From an uncultured Clostridia bacterium (GTDB lineage: Bacteria; Bacillota; Clostridia; Christensenellales; Borkfalkiaceae): a stretch of DNA of 64,000 nucleotides. The notes below the pieces were generated by a model, which ran no database searches, was not told the DNA's origin, and saw only the letters and a list, made by a program, of their open reading frames with translations. Each line of letters opens with the position of its first letter. Positions within the stretch are counted from its first letter, which is position 1. The stretch is taken from assembly GCA_944368155.1 (NCBI GenBank), contig CALVWW010000001.1, forward strand, positions 308,738 to 372,737. Direction: 5' to 3'. Shown one piece after another: positions 28,801-36,976 of this stretch. Position numbers and translations under genes: made by a program.

Positions 28801-30096
28801 GTGTTCAGGTATACCGACGGCGAATACCGCTACATTATAACCGAGACCGACAGCGACGGCAACAGCACTATAAGCTATTCTGAACCCGTGTCGAACTTCG
28901 TTATAGGCGAGGGCGGCGTATCGCTCAGGTATGACAATACCGACAGTGCAAAACAGCTCTATGCTTCTGTCGACGCGAGATACGACGCTCAGGGCAGGCT
29001 GTTCGGCGGCGCTACCGCGGAAACCGCGGATACAGGCAACCTCGGCTACGACGCCGAAGGCAACTATGTTGCAGACAGCTGGCAGACTGTGACATTCTAT
29101 GTACACACGGGCGATGAGGAAGTTTCTTACAGCCTTGAACTCTGGAGCGGTGCAAGAGAGTCGAGCGGAGTGACCGCAGACGGCGGCAACTATACCGTAA
29201 ACAGCGACGGCAGCGTGCCCGGAAGCTATGTAATGTTCGACCACAGCGACGTAACCGTGGACGAGAGTTCATACACCAGCCGCGCCGACGCATACGCAGC
29301 CGATATAATTGAACAGTATATAGAACTGTTTGAACGCGAGGGGCTGCTCACTGAAGGTTCGATAGACAGCTCAGATGAGAATATCTCTTATTACGAAGAG
29401 AAGTTTGCAGAATTTGTTGCAAGCGGCGACCTCTCCGAGAGTGACCGCCCTGCAGGCTACGACGCACTCTACTACACCTACTCGTTGTATGACGACGCCG
29501 GATATATCCCCTTCAACGGCGACACAGCCGCCGATGACGAGACCGGATATGATTATAATGCAGAAGATTACGAAGAGACGCTTTCGTTCTTAAGCGTTAA
29601 AGACTATGAGCACAACGCAGTGAACGTATTCGTTGACTACTCAACCACCGACGTATCTGTCGATATCGGCACATCCGACGAAACAGGCGACAGCGACGAC
29701 AGTACTGATACCACGAGCGATACCAACGTATGGCTGCTCATAGCTTCGATAATACTTGCCGCAGCGCTCATATTCACTATGATATCCATACTCATAAGGG
29801 ATATGCTCAAAAAGAGAAGGCACAAAAAGCAATTTGTGAAGAACGTTTACTCCGGCAAGCGCAAGCACTATATACGCAAGCTCGGCATAACTGAATCGGT
29901 TGTTGAAACCGGTGAGGAAGAGACCGCCGAAAGTGCGGCTCCGGCTCCTGCGGAGAATGAAGCGCAGTCTTCGGAACCAGCCGAGGCAGACGCGGAAACT
30001 ACCGTTGAAGCAAGCGGCGCAGAGCAGACTTCGGACGAAGCCGTTGAATCTCCCGCAGAGGGAGGCAGCGAAAGCTCCGACGAGGAAAACAAATAA
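25846..30096 (+). CDS. Giant acidic cell-surface protein: signal/lipobox-like N-terminus, four CBM-like beta-sandwich-type modules, C-terminal TM anchor and acidic cytoplasmic tail
   Basis: 1416 aa. N-terminus: MYRKRYHLKSGWRKLSVALLSGVMAVSLGFAAAC. A module signature recurs: ILNGNFEFF...EISVWVKTSDL...NGWVQYTIFVQG; KIISMWVKTSDM...GGWVQCFFYVEN; YQAISVRVKVSAG...; DSWQTVTFYVHTG...LELWSG. The TM helix is VWLLIASIILAAALIFTMISILI (about 29728-29800), followed by KKRRHKK. The protein is very rich in D/E/Y/N/S/T. Confidence 0.8.
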   Translation: MYRKRYHLKSGWRKLSVALLSGVMAVSLGFAAACAAEEDDDDKETTSSSTDTQTILNGNFEFFDDSDENTHIIYTPNSWSQSTSGQTNYSMNGIIDTSASGWDTISADDLAARLEYNYNLDEDDDNYDDLYVDYNGMRERDIPYANPHAALDDDAADEDKALIDNPLTHDVITAGSGNTATYVDENGETVTLYADEEGNYYTDSELTTPYESHVLMIHNYRNIDYRYGTAQSYSSSSTVTLEPNTAAEISVWVKTSDLVYNRDGETPEEGLGAYIAVEQTVGSTSIDTFYIEAINTAGITENNGWVQYTIFVQGCDFAASTISVEVGLGRADDDDDYSKVLEGYAFFDDITCTLYPDISDSENYNAALDAGYLRDEGTASDTVCTITDSDDEKVFVYDNFKNNAGFADGDGRNFLIDLAWRQAREDSALNSSTTEAALTVDDDNYVTSSSTPSFVNVGTKDNGNVHLNTGLDISTANDVIAAFTLGNLSQQISDNRNIAGVGNYASTIENVLSGALSLPGADSNTTALMLLSSRGAAYTASVSGSGNSFTVEGGGHKIISMWVKTSDMDGFSAATITVYDEADEETSASLSVDSTGVTFDVGDEEDIYGGWVQCFFYVENPLDVEKTFRIDFSFGNSSINGTTAASYKAGYAAVSNIQTFDVEEDVFDLATTGSYAASFSFESTDNRENSYFDSVYGALNNNIESNISRPSSYNGAYGASASVVYKDEIYPDGYDGRNNNENAGLVNQDYFYSYIENAKEDSSSYVWLTELLASKGMSLSSINAATAAAEAWNEIFGSETIQPLLIVNTVKVFAENNIAGMNYGFMAGEATSVSSSSYQAISVRVKVSAGAVAYVYLTEDGNRTEISSFALPSYSFWYDNLGNVLDGEPDYDDDSYDARDHIVYYLRSDGLYEDSEGNLFANMYNYSREYYDETVEYYAEGESQPTAFEDIDSDKVYYISAADAASGGVQAPHYLVAEGDGSTTRVFRYTDGEYRYIITETDSDGNSTISYSEPVSNFVIGEGGVSLRYDNTDSAKQLYASVDARYDAQGRLFGGATAETADTGNLGYDAEGNYVADSWQTVTFYVHTGDEEVSYSLELWSGARESSGVTADGGNYTVNSDGSVPGSYVMFDHSDVTVDESSYTSRADAYAADIIEQYIELFEREGLLTEGSIDSSDENISYYEEKFAEFVASGDLSESDRPAGYDALYYTYSLYDDAGYIPFNGDTAADDETGYDYNAEDYEETLSFLSVKDYEHNAVNVFVDYSTTDVSVDIGTSDETGDSDDSTDTTSDTNVWLLIASIILAAALIFTMISILIRDMLKKRRHKKQFVKNVYSGKRKHYIRKLGITESVVETGEEETAESAAPAPAENEAQSSEPAEADAETTVEASGAEQTSDEAVESPAEGGSESSDEENK

Positions 30097-30113
30097 ATAA
30101 CCTATTAAAAGGT

Positions 30114-30147
30114 AACATGCTCCCCCGCCGAGGCGGGGGAGCATGTT
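30114..30147 (+). terminator. Rho-independent terminator of the giant gene
   Basis: AACATGCTCCCCCGCC-GAG-GCGGGGGAGCATGTT followed by TTGTATT. Confidence 0.8.
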
Positions 30148-30215
30148 TTGTATTAAAATGGCTGTGCGCATGAAGACTTTTTATAAAAATTTTTATTTAA
30201 TATTTGCCGCTCTTA

Positions 30216-30244
30216 TTGCCAATAAATATTGTCTATGCTATAAT
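30216..30244 (+). promoter_or_regulatory. Sigma-A type promoter of the Cys-rich lipoprotein gene
   Basis: TTGCCA (30216-30221), 17 nt spacer, TATAAT (30239-30244). Confidence 0.65.
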
Positions 30245-30357
30245 GTATTTACTACACAACTTTATCTTAAACTACAGGCATAAACTTGACATTTTTTTAT
30301 CTCTTTCCCCGCGGTTTGGAATTTGTGTAGTAACAATCGGAGATGCATTTATGCAGG

Positions 30358-30391
30358 GCGTGTCTTCGGTTGAAGGCGCGCTTTTAATTTT
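30358..30391 (+). terminator. Intrinsic terminator inside the 5' leader (attenuator)
   Basis: GCGUGUCUUC-GGUU-GAAGGCGCGC forms a 10-bp stem with two G-U pairs and is followed by UUUUAAUUUU. It lies 47 nt upstream of the ATG at 30438. Confidence 0.55.
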
Positions 30392-30437
30392 ATAAATTTT
30401 GCTTCGGCTATTACAAAAAAATTTGGAGGGAAATTTT

Positions 30438-31694
30438 ATGAAGAAAAAATTTCTTGTAACATTACCGGCAATTGTTGCTGTATTCCTTGCGTTCGGAATT
30501 TCGGCATGTAACAGCCACACACACTCATACAACGAATGGACGGCTGTTAACTCACCCACATGTACGCAAACGGGCACAGAGAAAAGAGAGTGTTCGTGCG
30601 GTGCAAGCGAAGAGCGTACAATTGCCGCGCTGGGACACGATTTTGAAGAGCATCAAGCTCAGGCGGCAACATGTACTGAAGCCGGCTGGAACGCATATCA
30701 GACTTGTACTCGGTGCGATTACACAACCTATGAAGAACTCCCCGCAACAGGGCACAGCTTTTCAAGTGCATGGAGCCATGACGAAGACTATCACTGGCAC
30801 GACGCTATATGCGGACACAATGTTACTTCGAGCTATGCCGAACATATTATGCAGGATGGCACATGCACTGTTTGCGGATATGCTGTTTATGAAGTTCAGC
30901 CCCACGAGCATAGCTATGAATCAGATGTTACCACTCGGCCGACTTGTACTGCCGCAGGCTTGAGCACATATACCTGTAGAATCTGCGGCGACAGCTATAC
31001 AGAGGAAATAACTGCTCTCGGGCACGATATTGTGCAATACAAAGGACAGTCGCCATCATGTCTGCCCGGCTGGGAGGCTTATGAGAAGTGCACAAGGTGC
31101 GATTATTCTACATACAAAGAAATTCCTGCAACGGGCGAACATATAATTTTAAATAATGACGGCGTTGAAGAAATATTTGACCTTGATAAGGTATATTCCC
31201 TTACAGAGTACAGCAACTCAATAAAGCTCTTCGTCAATCAAAACACAGATTGTGACGCAGTAAACTACGGTTATTTTGTTTGCAGGAGCTGCGGTAACGA
31301 CATAATAGTATTAGTCACTACGGGGCACGATATTGTACAATACGAAGGACAGTCTCCTACCTGTATACAACCCGGCTGGGAGGCTTATGAGGAATGCACA
31401 AGGTGCGATTATTCCACATACAAAGAAATTCCTGCAACGGACAAACACATAATCTTAAATAATGACGGCGTTGAAGAAATATTTGACCCTGATAAGATAT
31501 ATTTATTTACAGAGTACAGTAACTCAATATTTACTTTCGGCAACACGCAGATAGAAGATTGCCTGAGTGAGAATATTGGATTTATACTTTGCATTTATTG
31601 TAACTCAAATTTATTAATATCATTCACTTCTGAACATAAAATGGAAAACGGCGTATGCACTGTATGCGGATATCCAGAATCTGCAGACGCTTAA
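30438..31694 (+). CDS. Cys-rich modular lipoprotein (27 Cys, CxxC mini-domains), function unknown
   Basis: ATG 30438 with GGAGGG 7 nt upstream. The signal peptide and lipobox read MKKKFLVTLPAIVAVFLAFGISAC. Repeated modules include GHD-x8-C-x3-GW-x-AY-x2-CTRCDY-x-TY-x-E-x-PATG (3 copies), H-x-Y...PTCT..G....C.CG...A(L)GH (2 copies) and G(T/V)CTVCGY (2 copies). Confidence 0.8.
   Translation: MKKKFLVTLPAIVAVFLAFGISACNSHTHSYNEWTAVNSPTCTQTGTEKRECSCGASEERTIAALGHDFEEHQAQAATCTEAGWNAYQTCTRCDYTTYEELPATGHSFSSAWSHDEDYHWHDAICGHNVTSSYAEHIMQDGTCTVCGYAVYEVQPHEHSYESDVTTRPTCTAAGLSTYTCRICGDSYTEEITALGHDIVQYKGQSPSCLPGWEAYEKCTRCDYSTYKEIPATGEHIILNNDGVEEIFDLDKVYSLTEYSNSIKLFVNQNTDCDAVNYGYFVCRSCGNDIIVLVTTGHDIVQYEGQSPTCIQPGWEAYEECTRCDYSTYKEIPATDKHIILNNDGVEEIFDPDKIYLFTEYSNSIFTFGNTQIEDCLSENIGFILCIYCNSNLLISFTSEHKMENGVCTVCGYPESADA
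31021..31630 (+). repeat. 303-bp in-frame tandem duplication inside the lipoprotein gene
   Basis: Unit 1 starts at 31021 and unit 2 at 31324, both with GGCACGATATTGT(G/A)CAATAC.... The first ~200 nt are roughly 85-90% identical by eye. The 3' parts have diverged. Confidence 0.85.
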
Positions 31695-31744
31695 TAATTT
31701 TCAAGATAATACTTCAAGATAATACAGCGGTTTTAGTACATGAA

Positions 31745-31786
31745 AAAAGCCCCGGCGGCGCAGAATTTCTGCGCCGCCGGGGCTTT
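31745..31786. terminator. Bidirectional terminator hairpin
   Basis: AAAAGCCCCGGCGGCGCAG-AATTT-CTGCGCCGCCGGGGCTTT between convergent genes. Confidence 0.8.
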
Positions 31787-31855
31787 ATAAATATATTAAC
31801 AGCAATTATCCGCCGCTGTTCCGCGGCAAACACTTTAAACCTGCCACTATTGTAC

Positions 31856-33175
31856 TTACTTATTTATTCTCAGTCCCTTGGGCAGGTGGTTTTTTGCCAC
31901 ACCGCCCGAAACCTTTACCCAGCCGAGCGGATAGCCCTTGTAAGCCGCCACCCGCCAGCCGTTGCCGCTGAGGCTGAAAGTGAGGCCGGAAAGGTAAGCA
32001 TGCGCTGTGTCTTCGTCCAACTCTGCAAAGTCGGCTTCGCCGCGCCTTAAACTCATTGCAAGCGCATGGGCGGGCACAAACCTGCCCGATACAAAGTCGC
32101 CGAGCTTTACCCCTGCGCGCAACGTCTGCACAGACGGCAACGGCGAACAATGCGGCAAAGAATACAGACTTTCTCCCGCAAGCTGAAGGTTGCCGAACTG
32201 AACGCTTAAATTTTCACGCTCAAAGGTGCGGTAAATTTTTTCGCGCTCTTTAAGCTTTGCGGGCGGCAAAGGTTTAAAAGTTCCTTCCTCACCGCCGCGC
32301 TTTATAAGCAACGCGGCAAAGTGTCCCTCGCCGCGGACCTTGTGCGGCCACAGTTTTTGCATACTTATAAGTTGGTAATTCTTATGCAATGATAAAAAAC
32401 TTTCAATCTGCCGCTCGTCCTCCTCCTCTGAAAAAGTGCAGGTTGAATACACAAGCGAGCCGCCCGCCTTTAACAGAATATCGGCGCTCGCTAAAATATC
32501 TTTTTGCCTTGCGGCGCACATTTCAACGTTTTTTTCGCTCCACTCGGCAATTGCCGCCTCCTCCTTCTTGAACATGCCCTCGCCCGAACAGGGTGCGTCG
32601 ACGAGAATTGCGTCGAAACAGGCAGAAAACTCCGAGGCAAGCTTATCAGGCGGCGCAACCGTGACAATACCGTTTTTAACGCCAATCCGCTCTGCGTTCT
32701 GCGAAAGGATTTTTGCGCGCGGAAAGTTGATTTCGTTTAAAAACAGCACGCCCTCACCCTGCATTGCGGCGGCAAGCTGAGTACCTTTTCCGCCCGGGGC
32801 GGAGCATAAGTCAAGCACGGTTTTGCCGCGTATATCGCCGAGCAGAGGCGCGGCGCACATTGCAGAAGGCTCCTGCACGTAATATAGCCCTGCCGCGTGT
32901 TCGATAAATTTACCGGGTTTATCCTCTTCGGAGTAAAAGCCGCACTCGCACCAAGGCACCCGCTCGACAGAAAACGGGACAATCTCTTTGAACTTTTCTG
33001 CCGAAACCTTTAAAGTGTTTGCGCGCACGCCGCGTGCCGCAGGAAGATTGTATGAACGCAGAAATTCGGCATATTCTTCCCCGAGGGTGCGCTGCATACG
33101 TCCGAGAAAAGCGGGCGGCAGATTATGAGAAAGTCCGCCCGCAGGCGGACATGAATAATTATTTTCTGCTTTCAT
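31856..33175 (-). CDS. NOL1/NOP2/Sun-family rRNA cytosine-C5 methyltransferase (RsmF/RsmB-like) with C-terminal PUA-like domain
   Basis: 439 aa with the SAM motif LDLCSAPGGKG and catalytic VDAPCSGEGMFKK and YSTCT. Its start overlaps the upstream exonuclease stop (ATGA). Confidence 0.85.
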   Translation of the reverse strand: MKAENNYSCPPAGGLSHNLPPAFLGRMQRTLGEEYAEFLRSYNLPAARGVRANTLKVSAEKFKEIVPFSVERVPWCECGFYSEEDKPGKFIEHAAGLYYVQEPSAMCAAPLLGDIRGKTVLDLCSAPGGKGTQLAAAMQGEGVLFLNEINFPRAKILSQNAERIGVKNGIVTVAPPDKLASEFSACFDAILVDAPCSGEGMFKKEEAAIAEWSEKNVEMCAARQKDILASADILLKAGGSLVYSTCTFSEEEDERQIESFLSLHKNYQLISMQKLWPHKVRGEGHFAALLIKRGGEEGTFKPLPPAKLKEREKIYRTFERENLSVQFGNLQLAGESLYSLPHCSPLPSVQTLRAGVKLGDFVSGRFVPAHALAMSLRRGEADFAELDEDTAHAYLSGLTFSLSGNGWRVAAYKGYPLGWVKVSGGVAKNHLPKGLRINK

Positions 33176-34122
33176 TCAAGCATATCTCCGAGCTCTTCGA
33201 GCGTTATTATTTTAAGACCTTCACGCTGGTTTGCCGCGCGTGTGCGCGTTGAACTGTCACCTTCGGGGGCAACATAAATGTTGCAGACAGCAAGTTTTTG
33301 AGTGTAAATTGCGCCGGAGGCATAAATTTTATCGAGCAGCGGCAGCGAGAGGTTCAAATCATCCTCAATACTGCGGGCAAAATTGAAAACCGTTCCCTTA
33401 AGACGACCTTCGTGCAAACGCTTTTTGCGGGAGAGATATATGTAAAAATCTCTGCGCGCCCGCGAGCGCTCCTCTTTTGCCACGCGCATGTCTTCGACAT
33501 ACTTTTCCAAAGACGCAGTGGTAGGCTTTACTATATTATAATTCTCTATCCTGCCGCGCTTTAACGAAAAAAACTTTTCAAGGCCTTTGAAATCGCAATC
33601 ATTTGCTTTACACATAGCCTCGGCCACGCGCATTGTCGCGTAAGCGTCGTCGGCGGCGCGGTGGGGCGTGAAGTCTACGTTCAGTTCCTTTGTGATATAT
33701 TCCAACCCGTACTGCCGCGAAAAACCGCCCGTCATAGTCATATACAAAAGCTGGGTGTCAGAAAATTCAAACCTGAACGACGGCAGAGAGAAACGGCGCG
33801 TTTCCAGATTGAGATAGTTTACATCGTTATAAGTTGCATGTCCTGCAACAATGTTGCCCTTGTCCTCCAGCAGCGCTTTGATTTTCGGGTATACCGAGCG
33901 GAAATCGGGATATTTTTTAAAGTCCGCATACTTATACGGCAGCACAAGCCCGTGCTCGCCGCGGGCGTCGGTGAGATGAAAAGCGCCCTTGGGGTTGATT
34001 AAAATATCCTCTTTTTCCGTTATATTGAACTGCTCATCGCACACAACATAGCCGAAGGCACATATTTTTGCCGAGGTCTTATAGACGCTCGCACATTCTA
34101 TGTCAAAAAAAACAAGACTCAT
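33172..34122 (-). CDS. DEDDh 3'-5' exonuclease (DnaQ/epsilon-like domain protein)
   Basis: Met at 34122 (MSLVFFDIECAS...), with ExoI FFDIE, ExoII GHATYNDVNYL and ExoIII HRAADDAYAT. Confidence 0.8.
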   Translation of the reverse strand: MSLVFFDIECASVYKTSAKICAFGYVVCDEQFNITEKEDILINPKGAFHLTDARGEHGLVLPYKYADFKKYPDFRSVYPKIKALLEDKGNIVAGHATYNDVNYLNLETRRFSLPSFRFEFSDTQLLYMTMTGGFSRQYGLEYITKELNVDFTPHRAADDAYATMRVAEAMCKANDCDFKGLEKFFSLKRGRIENYNIVKPTTASLEKYVEDMRVAKEERSRARRDFYIYLSRKKRLHEGRLKGTVFNFARSIEDDLNLSLPLLDKIYASGAIYTQKLAVCNIYVAPEGDSSTRTRAANQREGLKIITLEELGDMLE

Positions 34123-34241
34123 AAATGTTCCGCCGTTAACGCAAAAATTATAGCACAAAGCTGCCAAAATATCAACAATAAAATACGGGTGACTGAAAAA
34201 GCCGCCCGCATAAATTTATAAAATTTTAACTGCCCGCAAGT

Positions 34242-35102
34242 CTATCTGCGCGCATCCCCGCGCAAGAACGGGGGCAAAACTCTTTTATCGGAGATTTCTT
34301 TGTAAAGAACGGGACGGCGGTAGGCATTACCCATCGCCTCTTCCTCACGATAAGCGCGAAGCCTTCCGATATCCAGTTCTGCAATGTATACGCCCTCCTC
34401 TTCCCCCGCTTCCAAAATACACATATCTTCTTCGCCCCAAGCAATGCCGCTGAACACGGTGGAGCGGCCGTTGCAATCGGGCATGCCTGAAGGATAGTTG
34501 CAAGTGGCTATCGCAGTCATATTTTCAAAGGCGCGCGAACGCAGCTGGGAAAGCCTGTTTATCTCCATGGGGCAGGCGTTGGGCACGAGAATGAGTTCGG
34601 CTCCCCTGAGCATGAGCACTCTGGCGCTTTCGGGAAACTCCCTGTCGAAGCAAATCATGGCGCCGACTTTTATGTCTCCCGCCGCCGTATTCAAAGTGCA
34701 TACGGGAAAGTCACCGCCGCGGGAAAGACGTTTCTCAACGTCAAAGTCGCACGTGTGCACTTTTGAATAGCGCAGAGCAAGGTTGCCGCATCTGTCATAA
34801 AGGCAGAGCATATTTTCAGGCCCGCTTTCACAGGCGGCAAAGAAGGTTATGCCGATTGCCATTTCCAGCTCGCGAGCAACGGCGGAAAAGTGCGCCGTAT
34901 AGTGCCCGTCCGGCGGTACCGTCTCCCAGTTTTCAAAAGGAACGGCTGAAATATTGTATCCGCAGCTGAACATTTCGGGAAAAAGAGCTATGTCGGCGCC
35001 GCGTGATTTTGCGATACGGCAATATTTTTCACCTTTTTCCATGTTGACGGCTACGTCTGCCCCGGCAGAAATCTGCAGCAGTGCTATTTTTAAACTACTC
35101 AT
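34242..35102 (-). CDS. Carbon-nitrogen hydrolase (nitrilase superfamily)
   Basis: Met at 35102 (MSSLKIALLQIS...). The Glu-Lys-Cys triad context is present: LFPEMF, YSKVH, GAMICFD. Confidence 0.85.
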   Translation of the reverse strand: MSSLKIALLQISAGADVAVNMEKGEKYCRIAKSRGADIALFPEMFSCGYNISAVPFENWETVPPDGHYTAHFSAVARELEMAIGITFFAACESGPENMLCLYDRCGNLALRYSKVHTCDFDVEKRLSRGGDFPVCTLNTAAGDIKVGAMICFDREFPESARVLMLRGAELILVPNACPMEINRLSQLRSRAFENMTAIATCNYPSGMPDCNGRSTVFSGIAWGEEDMCILEAGEEEGVYIAELDIGRLRAYREEEAMGNAYRRPVLYKEISDKRVLPPFLRGDARR

Positions 35103-35160
35103 TAAATTACCGGCCCCTGAATAAAATTTAAGGCGGCAATAATTTAAGCCGCCCGAAAAA

Positions 35161-35625
35161 TTACAGTATCTTTTCCATAGTGGTCTTTTGCGGAACAAGC
35201 CCGAGCTTTTTATAGAAAGCTTCGGCCGCAGGGTTGCAGGCCCATACGTTGAGCGTTATGTTATAACAGCCGCTTTGCCCGGCAAAATTTAATACATGGT
35301 CGTATATACGCGTACCGACATGCTTTCCGCGGGCGCCCTCGTCCACACATATGTCGTCGATATATAGCGTTTTTATGTCGCACAGCAGCTGCTCGCCCTC
35401 ATGCACAACAAACCTGCACATTGCATAGCCGAGCACCTTTCCGTCCTCCTCGCCAACAAATACGGGAGTAGAAGGGTCCGATATGAGTGCGGCGACGCCG
35501 TCCTCTGTATATTTAGTTGCAAATTTAAAGAGGTCGGGGCGCGCCTTGGCGTGCACCTCGTTCACCTGCCTGAGCAGAATTATTATAGCGGGGATATCTC
35601 CGTTTTCAGCACTTCGGACTATCAT
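35161..35625 (-). CDS. GNAT-family N-acetyltransferase
   Basis: 154 aa with the acetyl-CoA binding stretch VDEGARGKHVGTRIYD. Confidence 0.85.
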   Translation of the reverse strand: MIVRSAENGDIPAIIILLRQVNEVHAKARPDLFKFATKYTEDGVAALISDPSTPVFVGEEDGKVLGYAMCRFVVHEGEQLLCDIKTLYIDDICVDEGARGKHVGTRIYDHVLNFAGQSGCYNITLNVWACNPAAEAFYKKLGLVPQKTTMEKIL

Positions 35626-35683
35626 ACTTTACCTTGGGTTTACAAACTTCAACAGAGCGACAGCGTTTTGCGGAACAAACAAA

Positions 35684-36976
35684 TTACTTTACGGGAATTA
35701 TCTTCTCTTTGCCGCCCATATACTTTCTCAGTACCTCGGGAATGAACACCGAGCCGTCTTCCTGCAGATGATTTTCAAGGAAAGCGATGAGCATTCTGGG
35801 GGGAGCCACCACCGTATTATTCAGTGTATGAGCGAACTCGTTTTTGCCCGTCTTGGAATTTTTGAAGCGTATACCGAGGCGTCTTGCCTGCGCATCGGTA
35901 AGGTTTGAGCAGCTGCCCACTTCGAAATACTTTTTCTGGCGGGGACTCCATGCCTCGACGTCGAGGCTGCGGTATTTGAGGTCGGCCAAATCGCCCGAAC
36001 AACAAACGAGCGTGCGCACGGGTATGCCCATGGAAACAAAGAGCTCGACAGTGTACGACCACATCTTTTCGTACCAGTAATCGCTCTCTTCAGGTCTGCA
36101 CACGACAATCATTTCCTGCTTTTCAAACTGATGAATGCGGTAGATTCCGCGCTCCTCGATACCGTGTGCGCCCTTCTCCTTTCTGAAACAAGGAGAATAT
36201 GACGTAAGCGTTATGGGAAGCCTGCTCTCGTCGATTACGGTGTTCATGAAGCGGCCAATCATAGAGTGCTCGGAAGTGCCTATAAGGTAGAGGTCTTCAC
36301 CCTCTATCTTATACATCATACCGTCCATCTCCTCAAAGCTCATTACGCCAGAAACTACGTCGCTTCTTATCATGAAGGGCGGAATTACATATGTGAATCC
36401 CTTGTCTATCATAAAGTCGCGCGCATAGGTCAAAACGGCCGAATGAAGGCGGGCAACATCGCCCGTGAGATAGTAGAAGCCGTTGCCTGAAGTGCGGCGG
36501 GCACTGTCTAAATCGATGCCGCCGAGGCGCTCTAAAATGTCGACATGATAGGGCACCTCGAAAGGTTTTTCCGCTGCCTCGAGATAGGTGTTCCACTGCA
36601 CATTTTCGCTGTCGTCTTTTCCGACAGGGACATCGGCTGCGATTATATTCGGAATGGACATCATGTCCTTTTTAAGCTGAACGTCAATCTCTGCGGCGCG
36701 CGCCTCTATCACGGCTATACGGTCGTTATTTTCCTTTACCTCGAGTTTTACCTCTTCAGCTTCGGCCTTTTTGCCCTCCTTCATAAGGGCGCCTATTGAT
36801 TTGGAGAGCGAATTGCGTTTTGCCCTCCTCTCGTCGCCCTCGCGCTGAAGGGCGCGCTTTTCGCTGTCGAGAGCGATAACCTCGTCGACTAAAGGCAGTT
36901 TTTTATCCTGAAACTTCTTTTTTATATTCTCCCTTACAAGGTCGGGATTTTCCCTTATGAGATTGATATCTATCAT
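35684..36976 (-). CDS. serS: Seryl-tRNA synthetase
   Basis: Met at 36976 (MIDINLIRENPDLV...). It has the N-terminal coiled-coil arm and class II motifs (FRKEKGAHG, TLNNTVVA). Confidence 0.92.
   Translation of the reverse strand: MIDINLIRENPDLVRENIKKKFQDKKLPLVDEVIALDSEKRALQREGDERRAKRNSLSKSIGALMKEGKKAEAEEVKLEVKENNDRIAVIEARAAEIDVQLKKDMMSIPNIIAADVPVGKDDSENVQWNTYLEAAEKPFEVPYHVDILERLGGIDLDSARRTSGNGFYYLTGDVARLHSAVLTYARDFMIDKGFTYVIPPFMIRSDVVSGVMSFEEMDGMMYKIEGEDLYLIGTSEHSMIGRFMNTVIDESRLPITLTSYSPCFRKEKGAHGIEERGIYRIHQFEKQEMIVVCRPEESDYWYEKMWSYTVELFVSMGIPVRTLVCCSGDLADLKYRSLDVEAWSPRQKKYFEVGSCSNLTDAQARRLGIRFKNSKTGKNEFAHTLNNTVVAPPRMLIAFLENHLQEDGSVFIPEVLRKYMGGKEKIIPVK

Noticed and set aside
25987-30171. Several long antisense ORFs inside the giant gene: 25987-26499, 28351-29244 and 29641-30171, all on the minus strand.
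   Set aside because: They are a by-product of the GAC/GAA/TAC-rich sense frame. They have no SD or start context, and the sense frame is uninterrupted for 1416 codons with clear topology signals.
30250-30332. 10-11-bp inverted repeats (TACTACACAA / TTGTGTAGTA) considered as an invertible phase-variation switch.
   Set aside because: There is no recombinase or invertase gene nearby. The left arm sits at the predicted 5' end of the transcript. The enclosed 63 nt hold a TTGACA but no matching -10 in either orientation. An RNA helix is the simpler reading.
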